Shown here in pieces: positions 18,267-28,000 of a stretch of 43,784 bases of DNA; the first letter of the stretch is position 1, and the number at the start of each line of letters is the position of its first letter. Source of the DNA: Clostridia bacterium (GTDB lineage Bacteria; Bacillota; Peptococcia; Peptococcales; BICA1-8); assembly GCA_012720075.1 (NCBI GenBank), contig JAAXZE010000031.1, positions 1 through 43,784 of the forward strand, in the 5' to 3' direction. Below the pieces are notes generated by a model. The model saw only the letters and a program-made list of their open reading frames with translations. It had not been told where the DNA came from and did no database searches. Both the position numbers and the translations under genes were made by a program.

Positions 18267-18566
18267 ATGAGTCTTGTGCCTGTTAAAATTAGGATTTTAC
18301 AACTCATTAGCGAAAACCAGGGGATCTCCAATGAAGATTTGCTGCTTCTTTTAAAAAAGGAATACACCTGGGATAGAAATATTAATGAAAAAAGTATTGA
18401 GGATTACCTTATTTCTTTTAAAAACATTGGTATGATTGAACTGACCGATATTGTTTTTGATGCTGGCGGCAAACTGAAACAGTTTTACAAAATAACTGAT
18501 TATGGCCTAAATAGGTTGAAGCTGGTAGCTGAAAAAGAGTATAAGCAATTTAAAAAAATTGGGTAA
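18267..18566 (+). CDS. Small hypothetical protein, possibly winged-helix
   Basis: 99 aa. AGGAGG lies upstream. VKIRILQLISENQGISNEDLLLLL resembles a wHTH recognition region. Call is weak. Confidence 0.4.
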   Translation: MSLVPVKIRILQLISENQGISNEDLLLLLKKEYTWDRNINEKSIEDYLISFKNIGMIELTDIVFDAGGKLKQFYKITDYGLNRLKLVAEKEYKQFKKIG

Positions 18567-18567
18567 A

Positions 18568-18599
18568 GAAAAAACTGCGTCTTTGCGACGCAGTTTTTT
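18568..18599. terminator. Bidirectional rho-independent terminator between convergent genes
   Basis: A-run, ACTGCGTC-tttgc-GACGCAGT, then T6. Confidence 0.75.
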
Positions 18600-18623
18600 G
18601 AATTTTTAGCGGAGGATTCATTC

Positions 18624-20150
18624 TCACTGTTTTAGGAGAATGGTGAATTCCGAACCGGCATTGACTTTGCTTCTGACTCTGATTTTCCCTTGATGGCCTA
18701 AGATAATAATTTTTGCGATGGCCAACCCCAGGCCGTGGCCGCCTTTTTCTTTTGTCCGGGATTTTTCTGAACGGTAAAATCTGTCGAAAATGTGTTTCAG
18801 TTCTTCTTTGGTCATACCAATGCCGGTATCTTTAATACTAATGGCATGGTAATCCCCTTCCCGGCCTAAAGTGACGGTGATTTCACCCCCAGGCGGAGTG
18901 TACTTGAGGGCATTATCGATAAAAATCCTGATGGCCTGTTTAATGAGGTTTTTATCGGCATGTAATCTTGCTTCCCGTTCAATATTAAAAGTTATTTTAT
19001 GTGAATTATCAATAATTTGGGTTTCCCTGGCAATCTCATGGAGGATTTCCGTAAGACTTATGTCTTCTTTTTGTAAGACAAAATTATCTTTATCGTGGCG
19101 GGCCAGGAATAATAATTTGTCAATCAGCTCTTTCATGTTTTCGGCTTCATTTTTGATGGCCTCTATGGATTCCTGCAGGACTTCCCGGTCGTTTTTTCCC
19201 CAACGGTCCAGCATATTGGCATAACCCTGGATTACGGCGATTGGCGTCCTTAATTCATGGGAAGCGTCGGAAACAAACTGCTTTTGGCGGTTATAGTTAT
19301 CTTCAATGCGATTCATCATTTCGTTGAAAGTCAGGGCCAGCTCTTTTAGTTCATCCTTGGCGCCGCTGACGTTGAGTCTTACGTTCAGGTTTTTGGCCGA
19401 GATGTCTTTTACCGTTTGGGTCATTTCTTTAATGGGCTGGAAGATTCCCCGGCCGATGAAGAATATTGATATTATGGAAAAAAATATGATAACCGGAAAA
19501 ACAGCCAGGATGATTTTGGCCAGATAGACCGTTTCCCTTATTTCCTTCCCGATATCCGAGAAAATTACCAATTGGACAGAGAGGTGAAAAGGCAAGGGAG
19601 CTAAAAAACCTGTGAAATCCAAAGAATTAAGCCTGTTTGTGTTTATAGCCAGATAGATGTTTTCCTGTGTCCGGACAAAGCCAATCAGTTTCGGACAACC
19701 GTATGGAGCCAATTCCTCTTTGGTTGAAAACATCAAGTTTTCATTTTGGTCAAAGATTAAAAGAGGCAAATCCTGCTTTTGGGAAAAAGTTTTTAGGTCC
19801 GACTTTAGGCCGGGGTTTTCAGCGATATGTTCTATTTTTTCTGTATTAGCCTCAAATTCTTTCTTTAAAAATGTCTCTAGGGCGGTATAATCATCAGCGA
19901 CGGCATTAAAGATTTTCATTCCGCCAAAGACCAAATATACGCCTAAACCGGCCAGGATCATGGCCTTAAGGAATATTCGCAGGTAATTTAAAGAAAGGCG
20001 GAAACCAATGGAAAATTCCAGCTTTTCGGAAAGCAATTTATGCAAAAGCTTGATTAATTCCACGGGGAGATAAATGATTTTTAAAAGGCGCTTTTTTGGA
20101 TTGGAATTTTCCTTATTATTGTGGTGAATATTATTCTGGTTATTTTTCAT
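18624..20150 (-). CDS. Sensor histidine kinase (two TM, HAMP, HisKA, HATPase_c)
   Basis: H-box SHELRTPIAVI; N/G boxes DNALKYT, DTGIGM, GHGLGLAI. The probable start is ATG 20150 (MKNNQN), overlapping the regulator stop codon. The ORF track extends to 20201. Confidence 0.85.
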   Translation of the reverse strand: MKNNQNNIHHNNKENSNPKKRLLKIIYLPVELIKLLHKLLSEKLEFSIGFRLSLNYLRIFLKAMILAGLGVYLVFGGMKIFNAVADDYTALETFLKKEFEANTEKIEHIAENPGLKSDLKTFSQKQDLPLLIFDQNENLMFSTKEELAPYGCPKLIGFVRTQENIYLAINTNRLNSLDFTGFLAPLPFHLSVQLVIFSDIGKEIRETVYLAKIILAVFPVIIFFSIISIFFIGRGIFQPIKEMTQTVKDISAKNLNVRLNVSGAKDELKELALTFNEMMNRIEDNYNRQKQFVSDASHELRTPIAVIQGYANMLDRWGKNDREVLQESIEAIKNEAENMKELIDKLLFLARHDKDNFVLQKEDISLTEILHEIARETQIIDNSHKITFNIEREARLHADKNLIKQAIRIFIDNALKYTPPGGEITVTLGREGDYHAISIKDTGIGMTKEELKHIFDRFYRSEKSRTKEKGGHGLGLAIAKIIILGHQGKIRVRSKVNAGSEFTILLKQ

Positions 20151-20826
20151 GGTCTTTAAACATATATCCAACGCCCCGTACCGTATGGATAAATGAAACA
20201 TTATATTTTTGGTCTATTTTGTTGCGCAGGTAGCGGATATAAACATCGGTGATATTGGTATCGCCCAGGTAGCCGTAGCCCCACACGTTTTCTAAGATTT
20301 TTTCCCGGGATAGAACAATGCCCTTATTTTCCATCAGGTATTTTAAGAGTTCAAATTCGGTCTTGGAGAGGGCAATTTCTTCGTCTTTAAATGTTACCCG
20401 GTATTCATCCTTATAAAGTGTAAGATCTCCGCAGGTAATGGTATGGTTATGCGGCATTTTCTTATCTTTTCTTTTTAGAACGGCTCGAATACGGGCTAAT
20501 AACTCCTCGATGGCAAAGGGCTTGGTTATATAATCATCGGCTCCGCTGTCCAAACCCATGACCTTGTCCGTCACATCTTCCTTGGCTGTCAGCATGATAA
20601 TGGGCGTATCCCAATCCCTCCGCAGTCTTCGGCAGATTTCAATACCGCTTAAACCGGGCAGCATTAAGTCAAGGATGATTAAATCGGCTTGACCCGAGAC
20701 TGCTTCTTCATAGCCCTTTCGACCGTCATGAATTACTTTGACCTCATATCCTTCGTGCTGTAATTCCAGCTCCAGAAATCGTGCAATTTTCACTTCGTCC
20801 TCGATTACCAAAATTTTGGTTTTCAT
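20140..20826 (-). CDS. OmpR-family response regulator
   Basis: Receiver domain (ILVIEDE...DLIILDLMLPG...LTAK) plus a winged-helix trans_reg_C domain (LT..EFELLKYL...RGVGY). Confidence 0.9.
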   Translation of the reverse strand: MKTKILVIEDEVKIARFLELELQHEGYEVKVIHDGRKGYEEAVSGQADLIILDLMLPGLSGIEICRRLRRDWDTPIIMLTAKEDVTDKVMGLDSGADDYITKPFAIEELLARIRAVLKRKDKKMPHNHTITCGDLTLYKDEYRVTFKDEEIALSKTEFELLKYLMENKGIVLSREKILENVWGYGYLGDTNITDVYIRYLRNKIDQKYNVSFIHTVRGVGYMFKDHEK

Positions 20827-20886
20827 TTTACTCCTCCGCCGTTTAGCGTTGTTTTAGTCAATTATTTCCTTTATTATAAACGCAAA

Positions 20887-20911
20887 TGAACCTGTCAACA
20901 ACACAGGTTCA
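20887..20911 (-). terminator. Hairpin downstream of the 20934-21473 gene (possible terminator)
   Basis: TGAACCTGT-n7-ACAGGTTCA. The minus strand follows with TTTGCGTTT. The T tract is interrupted, so confidence is moderate. Confidence 0.45.
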
Positions 20912-20933
20912 TTTTAATTTTATTTAACATTAT

Positions 20934-21473
20934 TTACTGGATGATGATTTCGTTCTCACCGTCATCTTCTTTTTTTGCGGCAGTTTTTTGCTCTTGGGTT
21001 TGGGATTCCGGGTCTTCTTTCATTTTTTCTGCGGCGGTTTTGACCTTATTGCTTAAATCATCCATAATTTCATTGATTTCAACGGTCTGGCCGGTCACTT
21101 TTTTGATTCTAATCTTGTAACCCATAATATAAAGGCCGGCTACCAAAAGGATATAGAACCAGAAAAATGGAATGGTTATCAGAACCAGAAGGGCCAGGAA
21201 AATAATGGGGACATTCAAATAGGTTTCTCCGTTTTTCTCAACAATAAAACGGGTAACCGAGCTTTTTTGAAATAATTTTTTGATCGTCGAACAAAAAGAA
21301 GAATGCTTATGATGATGGTGAAAGTGGCGGGTATGGGCCGGCTGACTCTTTTCAAATTCGATAATGGCCTCAATTAAATCCCCGTTATGTTTTTCTAAAA
21401 GCTCTTTAGCTTCCTGGTAACTGCAGTTGGTCCTTTTTCGCATCTCATCAATGAGTTCAATGGTGATGTTCAT
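20934..21473 (-). CDS. Membrane protein with an N-terminal UBA/EF-Ts-N-like domain and a His-rich tract (DUF4342-like)
   Basis: ITIELIDEMRKRTNCSYQEAKELLEKHNGDLIEAII resembles a TS-N/UBA fold. HTRHFHHHHKH tract. Two TM helices and an acidic C-terminus. Confidence 0.5.
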   Translation of the reverse strand: MNITIELIDEMRKRTNCSYQEAKELLEKHNGDLIEAIIEFEKSQPAHTRHFHHHHKHSSFCSTIKKLFQKSSVTRFIVEKNGETYLNVPIIFLALLVLITIPFFWFYILLVAGLYIMGYKIRIKKVTGQTVEINEIMDDLSNKVKTAAEKMKEDPESQTQEQKTAAKKEDDGENEIIIQ

Positions 21474-21619
21474 TTATCACAACTCCTTTCATAATTATTT
21501 TACAATCTCATTATAGCCCTGCATGATTAAAGCAGTTTTAAGGAAAAATTAGAATTTGATTAAAATTGAGTTATATACTTTAATAAAAGTAGAGGTCTTA
21601 TTAAAAAGGAGCGAGAAAA

Positions 21620-21943
21620 TTGATTTTTTCTATTCTTTTTTATCTTTCAGTTGGAATTACCTTTTTTTTGATACTTTTATCCATAAAAAAACACCCCAAA
21701 TATTACTGGCTTGGGGCGTTGACTTCGTACATTTTTAGTTTTTTAGGCAGCTGGTCCATAGGTCTTTACACCTTAAGCATCACTTTTGTTCTCCTGGCCT
21801 TAGCCTTTAGTCATAAGATGGGATGGATAAAAAGCATTTTTCATTCCCTGGTGGTTATTGTTATTTCTTTATTAATTTGGTTCTTAAGCATTACATTTAT
21901 TGACGATTATTGGCTCTTTTTCCCCTTTCACATCTTTGGTTAG
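21620..21943 (+). CDS. Small hypothetical membrane protein (about 4 TM)
   Basis: 107 aa, TTG start after AAGGAG, strongly hydrophobic. No homology recognised. Confidence 0.4.
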   Translation: MIFSILFYLSVGITFFLILLSIKKHPKYYWLGALTSYIFSFLGSWSIGLYTLSITFVLLALAFSHKMGWIKSIFHSLVVIVISLLIWFLSITFIDDYWLFFPFHIFG

Positions 21944-22036
21944 CTTAATTTTACAATTTCTCTGCCTCCCTCCTCGAAATTAATAAAACTTTAAAAAGAA
22001 CTGCTTTGGTTTTAGAAAGGTTCGAGTAATGTTTTA

Positions 22037-22083
22037 ATAGACAAACCTTTTGCGTATACTGTCAAAAGGTCGTCTATTTTTTT
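22037..22083 (+). terminator. Rho-independent terminator
   Basis: ATAGAC-aa-ACCTTTTG ... CAAAAGGT-c-GTCTAT followed by T7. Confidence 0.75.
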
Positions 22084-22145
22084 ATTCTTTTTAACTTACC
22101 TCTTACATATATCTTTTACTGCAAAGAAAAATGAGGAGGGATAAT

Positions 22146-23261
22146 GTGGGCGGTAAGGTTAGAGAGTTTTTTCCCGGAGGCAATACATCCTATGGATTTT
22201 ATTCTTTCTATGATTTTATTATCGATAAGGATGCCACCCGTATATTTTGTATCAAAGGTGGACCGGGTGTGGGTAAATCCACCTTTATGAAGGCCATAGG
22301 TCAGGCGATGCTGGAGAGGGGTTTTGATGTGGAATATCATAATTGTTCTTCCGATAATAATTCCATCGACGGGGTGGTTATCCCGGCCATTAAAGTTGCC
22401 CTTATTGACGGCACCGCACCCCACATAGTTGACCCCAAAACTCCCGGGGCTATCGATGAGATTATAAATCTGGGCGAATATTGGGATGAAAAAGGATTGC
22501 GGGAAAATAGAGATGAGGTCATAGCATCCAGAAACCGGGTAAGCAGGCTATTTAAAATTGCTTACAGCAGTCTGAAAGAAGCCAAAGTCATCCATGATGA
22601 ATGGGAAAGCTATATTACCGAAAGCATGGATTTTGCACCGGTCAATAAAATTACCCGGTATGTAGCCAATGAAGTTTTCAGCGATGTTGAGCCGGATTAT
22701 ACCCGGGTGGCTAAAGCTCGGCATCTGTTTGGCAGCGCTATTACTCCCCAAGGACCGGTGAATAAACTGGACAGTATTTTAGTGGATGTTGAAAATGTCT
22801 ATATCTTAAGGGGAGAACCGGGTGTCGGCAAATCTACTTTTATGGAAAAGATGCTGGCCAGAGCTCAGGAGATGGGCATTGATACAGAAGTGTTTCATTG
22901 CCCTTTAGACCCGGTGAAACTGGACTTTCTGGTTATCCCCAAGTTGAAAGTAGCCTTTATTAACGGGACTGAGCCGTTAAAGGTTGATTTAAAGAGATTT
23001 ACGACAACTGAGATTGATTTTGACCAGTTTTTGGATCCTGAAATACTTGATATTTATGAAAAAGAAATAGACTCCTGTAAGGAGCGTTTTTGGGAAGCGT
23101 ATAATCGGGCAGTCTATTATATTTCCCAGGCCAAGAAGGTTCATGATGAAATGGAAGAATATTATATCCCAAATATGAACTTTGTAAAAATAAATGAAAA
23201 AAGGGATGAGATATTAAACAGGATACTAAAATACGCTGATGAAATAGAAAACCAAAAATAA
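22146..23261 (+). CDS. Internally duplicated double P-loop ATPase of unknown function
   Basis: Two Walker A motifs in homologous halves, GGPGVGKSTFMK and GEPGVGKSTFMEK. The probable start is GTG 22146, 6 nt after GGAGGG. The ORF track starts at ATG 22131, which lies inside the RBS. Confidence 0.7.
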   Translation: MGGKVREFFPGGNTSYGFYSFYDFIIDKDATRIFCIKGGPGVGKSTFMKAIGQAMLERGFDVEYHNCSSDNNSIDGVVIPAIKVALIDGTAPHIVDPKTPGAIDEIINLGEYWDEKGLRENRDEVIASRNRVSRLFKIAYSSLKEAKVIHDEWESYITESMDFAPVNKITRYVANEVFSDVEPDYTRVAKARHLFGSAITPQGPVNKLDSILVDVENVYILRGEPGVGKSTFMEKMLARAQEMGIDTEVFHCPLDPVKLDFLVIPKLKVAFINGTEPLKVDLKRFTTTEIDFDQFLDPEILDIYEKEIDSCKERFWEAYNRAVYYISQAKKVHDEMEEYYIPNMNFVKINEKRDEILNRILKYADEIENQK

Positions 23262-23285
23262 ACTGATAATATTAATTTTTTAAAA

Positions 23286-23317
23286 AGAAACGGTGGTTTC
23301 GTGCCGTTTCTTTTTTT
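23286..23317 (+). terminator. Rho-independent terminator
   Basis: AGAAACGG-n10-CCGTTTCT followed by T7. Confidence 0.75.
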
Positions 23318-23345
23318 GAGACAGGGAATTTATGTAGTTTAACGG

Positions 23346-23374
23346 TTGACAAAATAGTTAACCAGATTTAATAT
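23346..23374 (+). promoter_or_regulatory. Candidate sigma-A promoter with an overlapping palindrome (possible MarR operator)
   Basis: TTGACA, a 17-nt spacer, then TAATAT. The TTAATATTAA palindrome overlaps the -10 and is flanked by GTTAAC / TTAACA arms. Confidence 0.45.
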
Positions 23375-23496
23375 TAATTCGATTAACAATTTAAAAAATT
23401 TAGGCTTTGGGGAGGCTTATGGAGTGGACAGGAAAAATCCAATAATGAATTTCTGCTTTATTTGGGGCGGAACGGAAAAACCGGGGTGCAAAAAAA

Positions 23497-23925
23497 ATGG
23501 TAACCGATAAGGAAAAAGTCTTAGTACTTGATAAAGCTCTTCAAAAATTAACCAAAGAAATAGGTCAAAGATTTGCAGCTATACTTCCCGATAATATTAC
23601 ACCAAATCAATTTTTCATTTTACTACATATAGCCAGTATTGAGAACTGCAAAGCTGCAGATATTGCGGAATGTATGGGCGTTTCCCCGGCGGCGGCCTCA
23701 AATATGATTGAAAGACTTTACAAAAATAACTGGATCGACAGGGTTCGTAGTGAAGGGGATAGGAGAGTTGTTTGGCTAAGAATCAGTGAAAAGGGAGAGA
23801 AATTATTAAAAGAAATTCAGGAAAAAAAGATAGAAATGTTTCTTACCGGTTTGAAAAATGTTTCGGATAAGGAAATGGATTTCCTGATAGCTGTTTTAAA
23901 TAAAATATTGGGTAAAAAGGAATAG
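23497..23925 (+). CDS. MarR-family transcriptional regulator
   Basis: 142 aa. ITPNQFFILLHIA...AADIAECMGVSPAAASNMIERLYKNNWIDRVRSEGDRRVVWLRISEKG is the MarR wHTH pattern. Confidence 0.85.
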   Translation: MVTDKEKVLVLDKALQKLTKEIGQRFAAILPDNITPNQFFILLHIASIENCKAADIAECMGVSPAAASNMIERLYKNNWIDRVRSEGDRRVVWLRISEKGEKLLKEIQEKKIEMFLTGLKNVSDKEMDFLIAVLNKILGKKE

Positions 23926-24002
23926 CATCATTATTGATATTAATTATGGGAAAAATATGTGCCATTCTTTTGAATGAGAGGAGAAGATCCAAATTGGAAA
24001 AT

Positions 24003-25055
24003 ATGAGGAAATTATCTAAATTGCTTTGCCTGCTGACAATAGCTCTCCTTGTCTTTGGCTGCGGAACAAAAGAACCTGTAGAACAAACAGAGGTTCAGGA
24101 AAAGGCAATACCTGTTGAAACAATGGAAGTAACCAAAGGCGAGTTTAAAAAATTTCTAACCTTAAGCGGTCTAACTGATGCCCATAAAACTGTAATAGTA
24201 ACACCCAAAATTGCCGGTGCTGAAAAAGTTATTTCCTTAAATATAAAGGAAGGGGATAAGGTAACCGAAGGACAGACTTTGGCTGTTTTGGACCAGAGCA
24301 CCGTCAGTATTCAATTAAACCAGGCCCAAAGGGCTTATGACGATGCATTGGCCAATTATGAAAGAAATAAAGCTTTATTTGAAGCCGGAGCCATACCAAA
24401 AGCATCTTTTGAGCAGGTCGAGACCGTCCTTATCCAGGCTCGAAATGCTTTAGAAGCTCAGCAAATAGCTTTTAATAATACCATAGTTAAAGCTCCCATC
24501 AGTGGCATAGTAACGGCGGTAAATGTGGTGGAAGGTGGTTTGGCGACTGCTTCCGCTCCTATGGCGACCATTGTGGATATTAGCGTTTTGGAAATTAATA
24601 CAAGTATAAATGAAATGCAGGTTGAAAAGATTTCCGTCGGTCAAGAGGTGGAAATAAGTGTTCCTGCCGCCGGTGACAAGGTTTTTAACGGGAAAATTGA
24701 TTTTATTAGCCCGGTTATGAACCAAACCAAAAGCTATCCGGTAAAAATCACTCTTGATAATTCCAAAGGCGAGCTTAAAGCCGGTATGTATGCCAAAATA
24801 GGGTTAACTACCGATGTTCTCCAAGATGTTGTTAAGGTTCCCAGAAAAGCGGTAATAACCCGGGATAACGAAAGTAAAGTATTTGTAGTAGAAGAAGGCA
24901 GGGCGGTTATGAAAAAAGTTACAATTGGCATGAATAACGGAACCGAAGTTGAGATAACCTCAGGTTTAAATCCGGGCGAAATATTAGTTATTACCGGAAA
25001 TGAGGATTTGGTAGATGGTGACTTAGTTACTATTGTAAATAGAGGTGAAAACTAG
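24003..25055 (+). CDS. RND efflux periplasmic adaptor (MFP/HlyD family) lipoprotein
   Basis: Lipobox LLVFGCG after MRKLSKLLCLLTIA. Biotinyl-lipoyl-like and beta-barrel regions (GQTLAVLD, IVKAPISGIVT). The start is uncertain: the ORF track gives 23934, and TTG 23994 is also possible. Confidence 0.8.
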   Translation: MRKLSKLLCLLTIALLVFGCGTKEPVEQTEVQEKAIPVETMEVTKGEFKKFLTLSGLTDAHKTVIVTPKIAGAEKVISLNIKEGDKVTEGQTLAVLDQSTVSIQLNQAQRAYDDALANYERNKALFEAGAIPKASFEQVETVLIQARNALEAQQIAFNNTIVKAPISGIVTAVNVVEGGLATASAPMATIVDISVLEINTSINEMQVEKISVGQEVEISVPAAGDKVFNGKIDFISPVMNQTKSYPVKITLDNSKGELKAGMYAKIGLTTDVLQDVVKVPRKAVITRDNESKVFVVEEGRAVMKKVTIGMNNGTEVEITSGLNPGEILVITGNEDLVDGDLVTIVNRGEN

Positions 25056-28000
25056 ATGAACTTTACCGATATTTCCATTAGAAGACCGGTCACCATTATC
25101 ATGGTATTTTTTATCATCCTCATTTTGGGTGTAGTTTCCCTTTCCAATCTTGCCGTGGATTTATTTCCTGATATTGAATTGCCGGTGGCTATTACCATGA
25201 TCACTTATGAGGGTGTTGGTCCGGAAGAAATAGAAAAAATAGTAACCAAGCCTATTGAGGGTCAGCTAAGTACCTTGAGTGGTATCGAAAATCTTCAGTC
25301 TATTAGCTCTTCAGGCATGTCGGTGGTAGTTACCCAATTCGCCTGGGGTACTAATATGGATACCGCCATGGTGGATTTAAGGGATAAAGTTAATTTGATT
25401 AAACCCATGCTGCCTGAGGAAGTCCAGGAACCAATCATTATGAAACTGGACTTAAACGCCATGCCTATAGTTATAGCGGGGATAACCGGCCAGTATGAAT
25501 TAGACCAGTTGGAAAAAATCGTGGAGAATGACATTGCACCCCGTTTGGAGAGAATTCCGGGGGTTGCATCGGTTAATATATCCGGAGGAAGAACTAGAGA
25601 AATTAAAGTTGAAATAGACCCTTATAAATTAAATGCTTATAATTTGACTTTAAACGATATTATTCAAACTATTGCCGCTGAAAACCACAATGTTTCCATA
25701 GGTCATGTGGAAGAAGGCGAAAAAGACTATTTAGTCCGGGTAAAAGGAGAATTCACCAGTCTTGATAGCTTGGAGAACGTTTTAATCCCGCTAAAGACTG
25801 GTGAAACCATTGAATTAAAATACCTGGCCGAAGGAATAATTGACGGTTATGCCGATATTTCAGGTTATGCTTTAATAAACGGTCAACAAACCATATCACT
25901 CACTGTTTCCAAAGAAAGTGACGCCAACACCGTTAGTGTCTCCGAAAAAGTAAATCAGGAATTAGAAAAAATCCAAAAAGAAATGGAAGGAAAAATCAGC
26001 ATTGCCAAAGCCATGGACCAAGCTGATTATATAAACGATGCCATTGATAATGTTGCAAATAACGGTATTAAAGGGGCATTGTTGGCCTGCTTCATCCTGT
26101 TTTTATTTTTAAGAAATTTTAGAAGTACTTTAATAATTGCAACTGCCATTCCTATTTCGGTCATAACCACCTTTGTACTCATGTATTTTGGGGACTTGAC
26201 TCTGAACTTGATTTCTTTAGGTGGTTTGGCTCTTGGTGTCGGGATGATGGTAGATAATGCTATAGTTATTTTGGAAAACATCTACCGTTACCGGCAAAAC
26301 GGCTATAATAGGATTGATTCGGCCAGAGACGGCGCCAACGAAGTATCTTTGGCTATTGTAGCTTCAACCTTAACTACCGTTGCCGTATTTTTACCCATTG
26401 TTTTTGTTGAGGGTATTGCCTCCCAAATTTTTAGACCCATGGCCTTAACCGTTTCTTTTTCCTTATTGGCATCCCTTACGGTTGCTTTGACCCTGGTGCC
26501 CATGCTGTGCTCCAAATATTTGCGAGTAGAAACCAATGGCAATGGTACCGGTGGTTTCTTTAATAAATTAAGTAAGAAGTGGCTTAAGGTTTTAGATGCT
26601 ATTAATGCCAGGTATGAAGTATTATTAAAATGGTCCATGGGTAGGAGAAAAACCGTTATTTTCATAAGCCTAATAGCCTTTATAATAAGCGTAGCTTTAA
26701 TACCCATGGTGGGGATGGAATTTATCCCTGAGACCGATACCGGGATGTTTACTTTAAATATTGAGCTTCCTCCCAACACCGTTCTGGAGCGAACTGAAAA
26801 AGTAGTTATGGAAGTAGAAAAGATAATGTCAGAAATCCCTGAAGTTCAAACAATTTTTACCATGGCGGGGAATACCGGAATGAACTTTCACGGCGGTTCA
26901 ACCACAAATCAGGCCACTATTTACGGTCAATTAGTACCCCTAAATGAGCGGCAGCGAGATATTAACCAGGTAGTGGACGAAGTTCGCCAGAGAACCCAGA
27001 GTATTCCCGGAGCGCAAATTTCCATTAGCGTTGAAAGTATGGTAATGGGCTCTACATCGCCTATTTCCCTGACAATCAAAGGGGAAGAATTGGATGTTTT
27101 GGAGGATCTGGCTAATCAAATAGCCGAAAAGGTTAAACAGGTTCCGGGTACCCGGGAGGTAACCACCAGCTTTGAAGAAGGCAATCCCGAGATTTCCGTT
27201 TACATTGACCGGCAAAAAGCCGCCCAATATGGGGTTTCTTCTTATCAAGCGGCCTCCAGCCTGCGAAGTGCCTTGCAGGGTGTCGTGGCTTCCAAATACC
27301 GAACCGGCGGTGAAGAAATCGATATCAAAGTTCTATTATCTAAAGAAGCCCGGACCAATATTGAAGACTTGAAGAGATTAATGGTACCCAGTCTGAGAGG
27401 TTTTAACGTTCCTTTAGAAGAGATTGCTGAAATCCAGTACAGTACCGGTCCTATTTCCATTAACCGGATTAATCAATCCAGGCAAGCAACGGTTACCGGA
27501 AGTATAATTGGACGTGATTTAAACAGCGTAATGCAGGATGTCCAGGCAGCAATTCAGGATATTCCTATTCCGCAGGGATATATTCTGGAAGTTGGCGGCG
27601 CAAATAAAGAGATGGTGGATTCCTTTATCAGCTTAGGAAAAGCGTTGGCCCTGGCTATCCTTTTGGTGTACATGATTTTGGCGGCCCAATTTGAATCATT
27701 ATTGTATCCCTTTATCATCATGTTTAGCATTCCTCCCACATTAATAGGAGTAGTCGGAGGTTTATTGCTTACCGGCAGGACCTTAAGCGTGCCTACCTTT
27801 ATCGGTATTATCATGCTGGCCGGTATTGTAGTTAATAATGCCATAGTTTTGGTTGACTATATTAATACTCTTAGACGGAGGGGAATGGAAAAAATGGAGG
27901 CTATCATCCAAGCCGGTCCAATACGTTTGCGGCCAATTTTAATGACTACTATGACCACCGTGCTGGGCTTGGTACCGATGGCTTTAGGAATCGGAGAAGG

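Noticed and set aside
21556-21738. A 60-aa ORF overlapping the start of the small membrane protein gene.
   Set aside because: It is in a different frame from the longer hydrophobic ORF 21620-21943, which has an AAGGAG RBS. Only one of the two is likely to be real.
23934-24002. Long N-terminal extensions given by the ORF track (23934 for the MFP, 28274 for the LytM protein, 35670 for the phosphoesterase, 20201 for the kinase, 41548 for proA, 37367 for rpmA).
   Set aside because: Internal starts have proper SD sequences at 6-11 nt spacing. They also give N-termini matching family expectations: a lipoprotein signal peptide, the MRFF..GDPH motif, and the L27 [10 protein letters not shown] propeptide.
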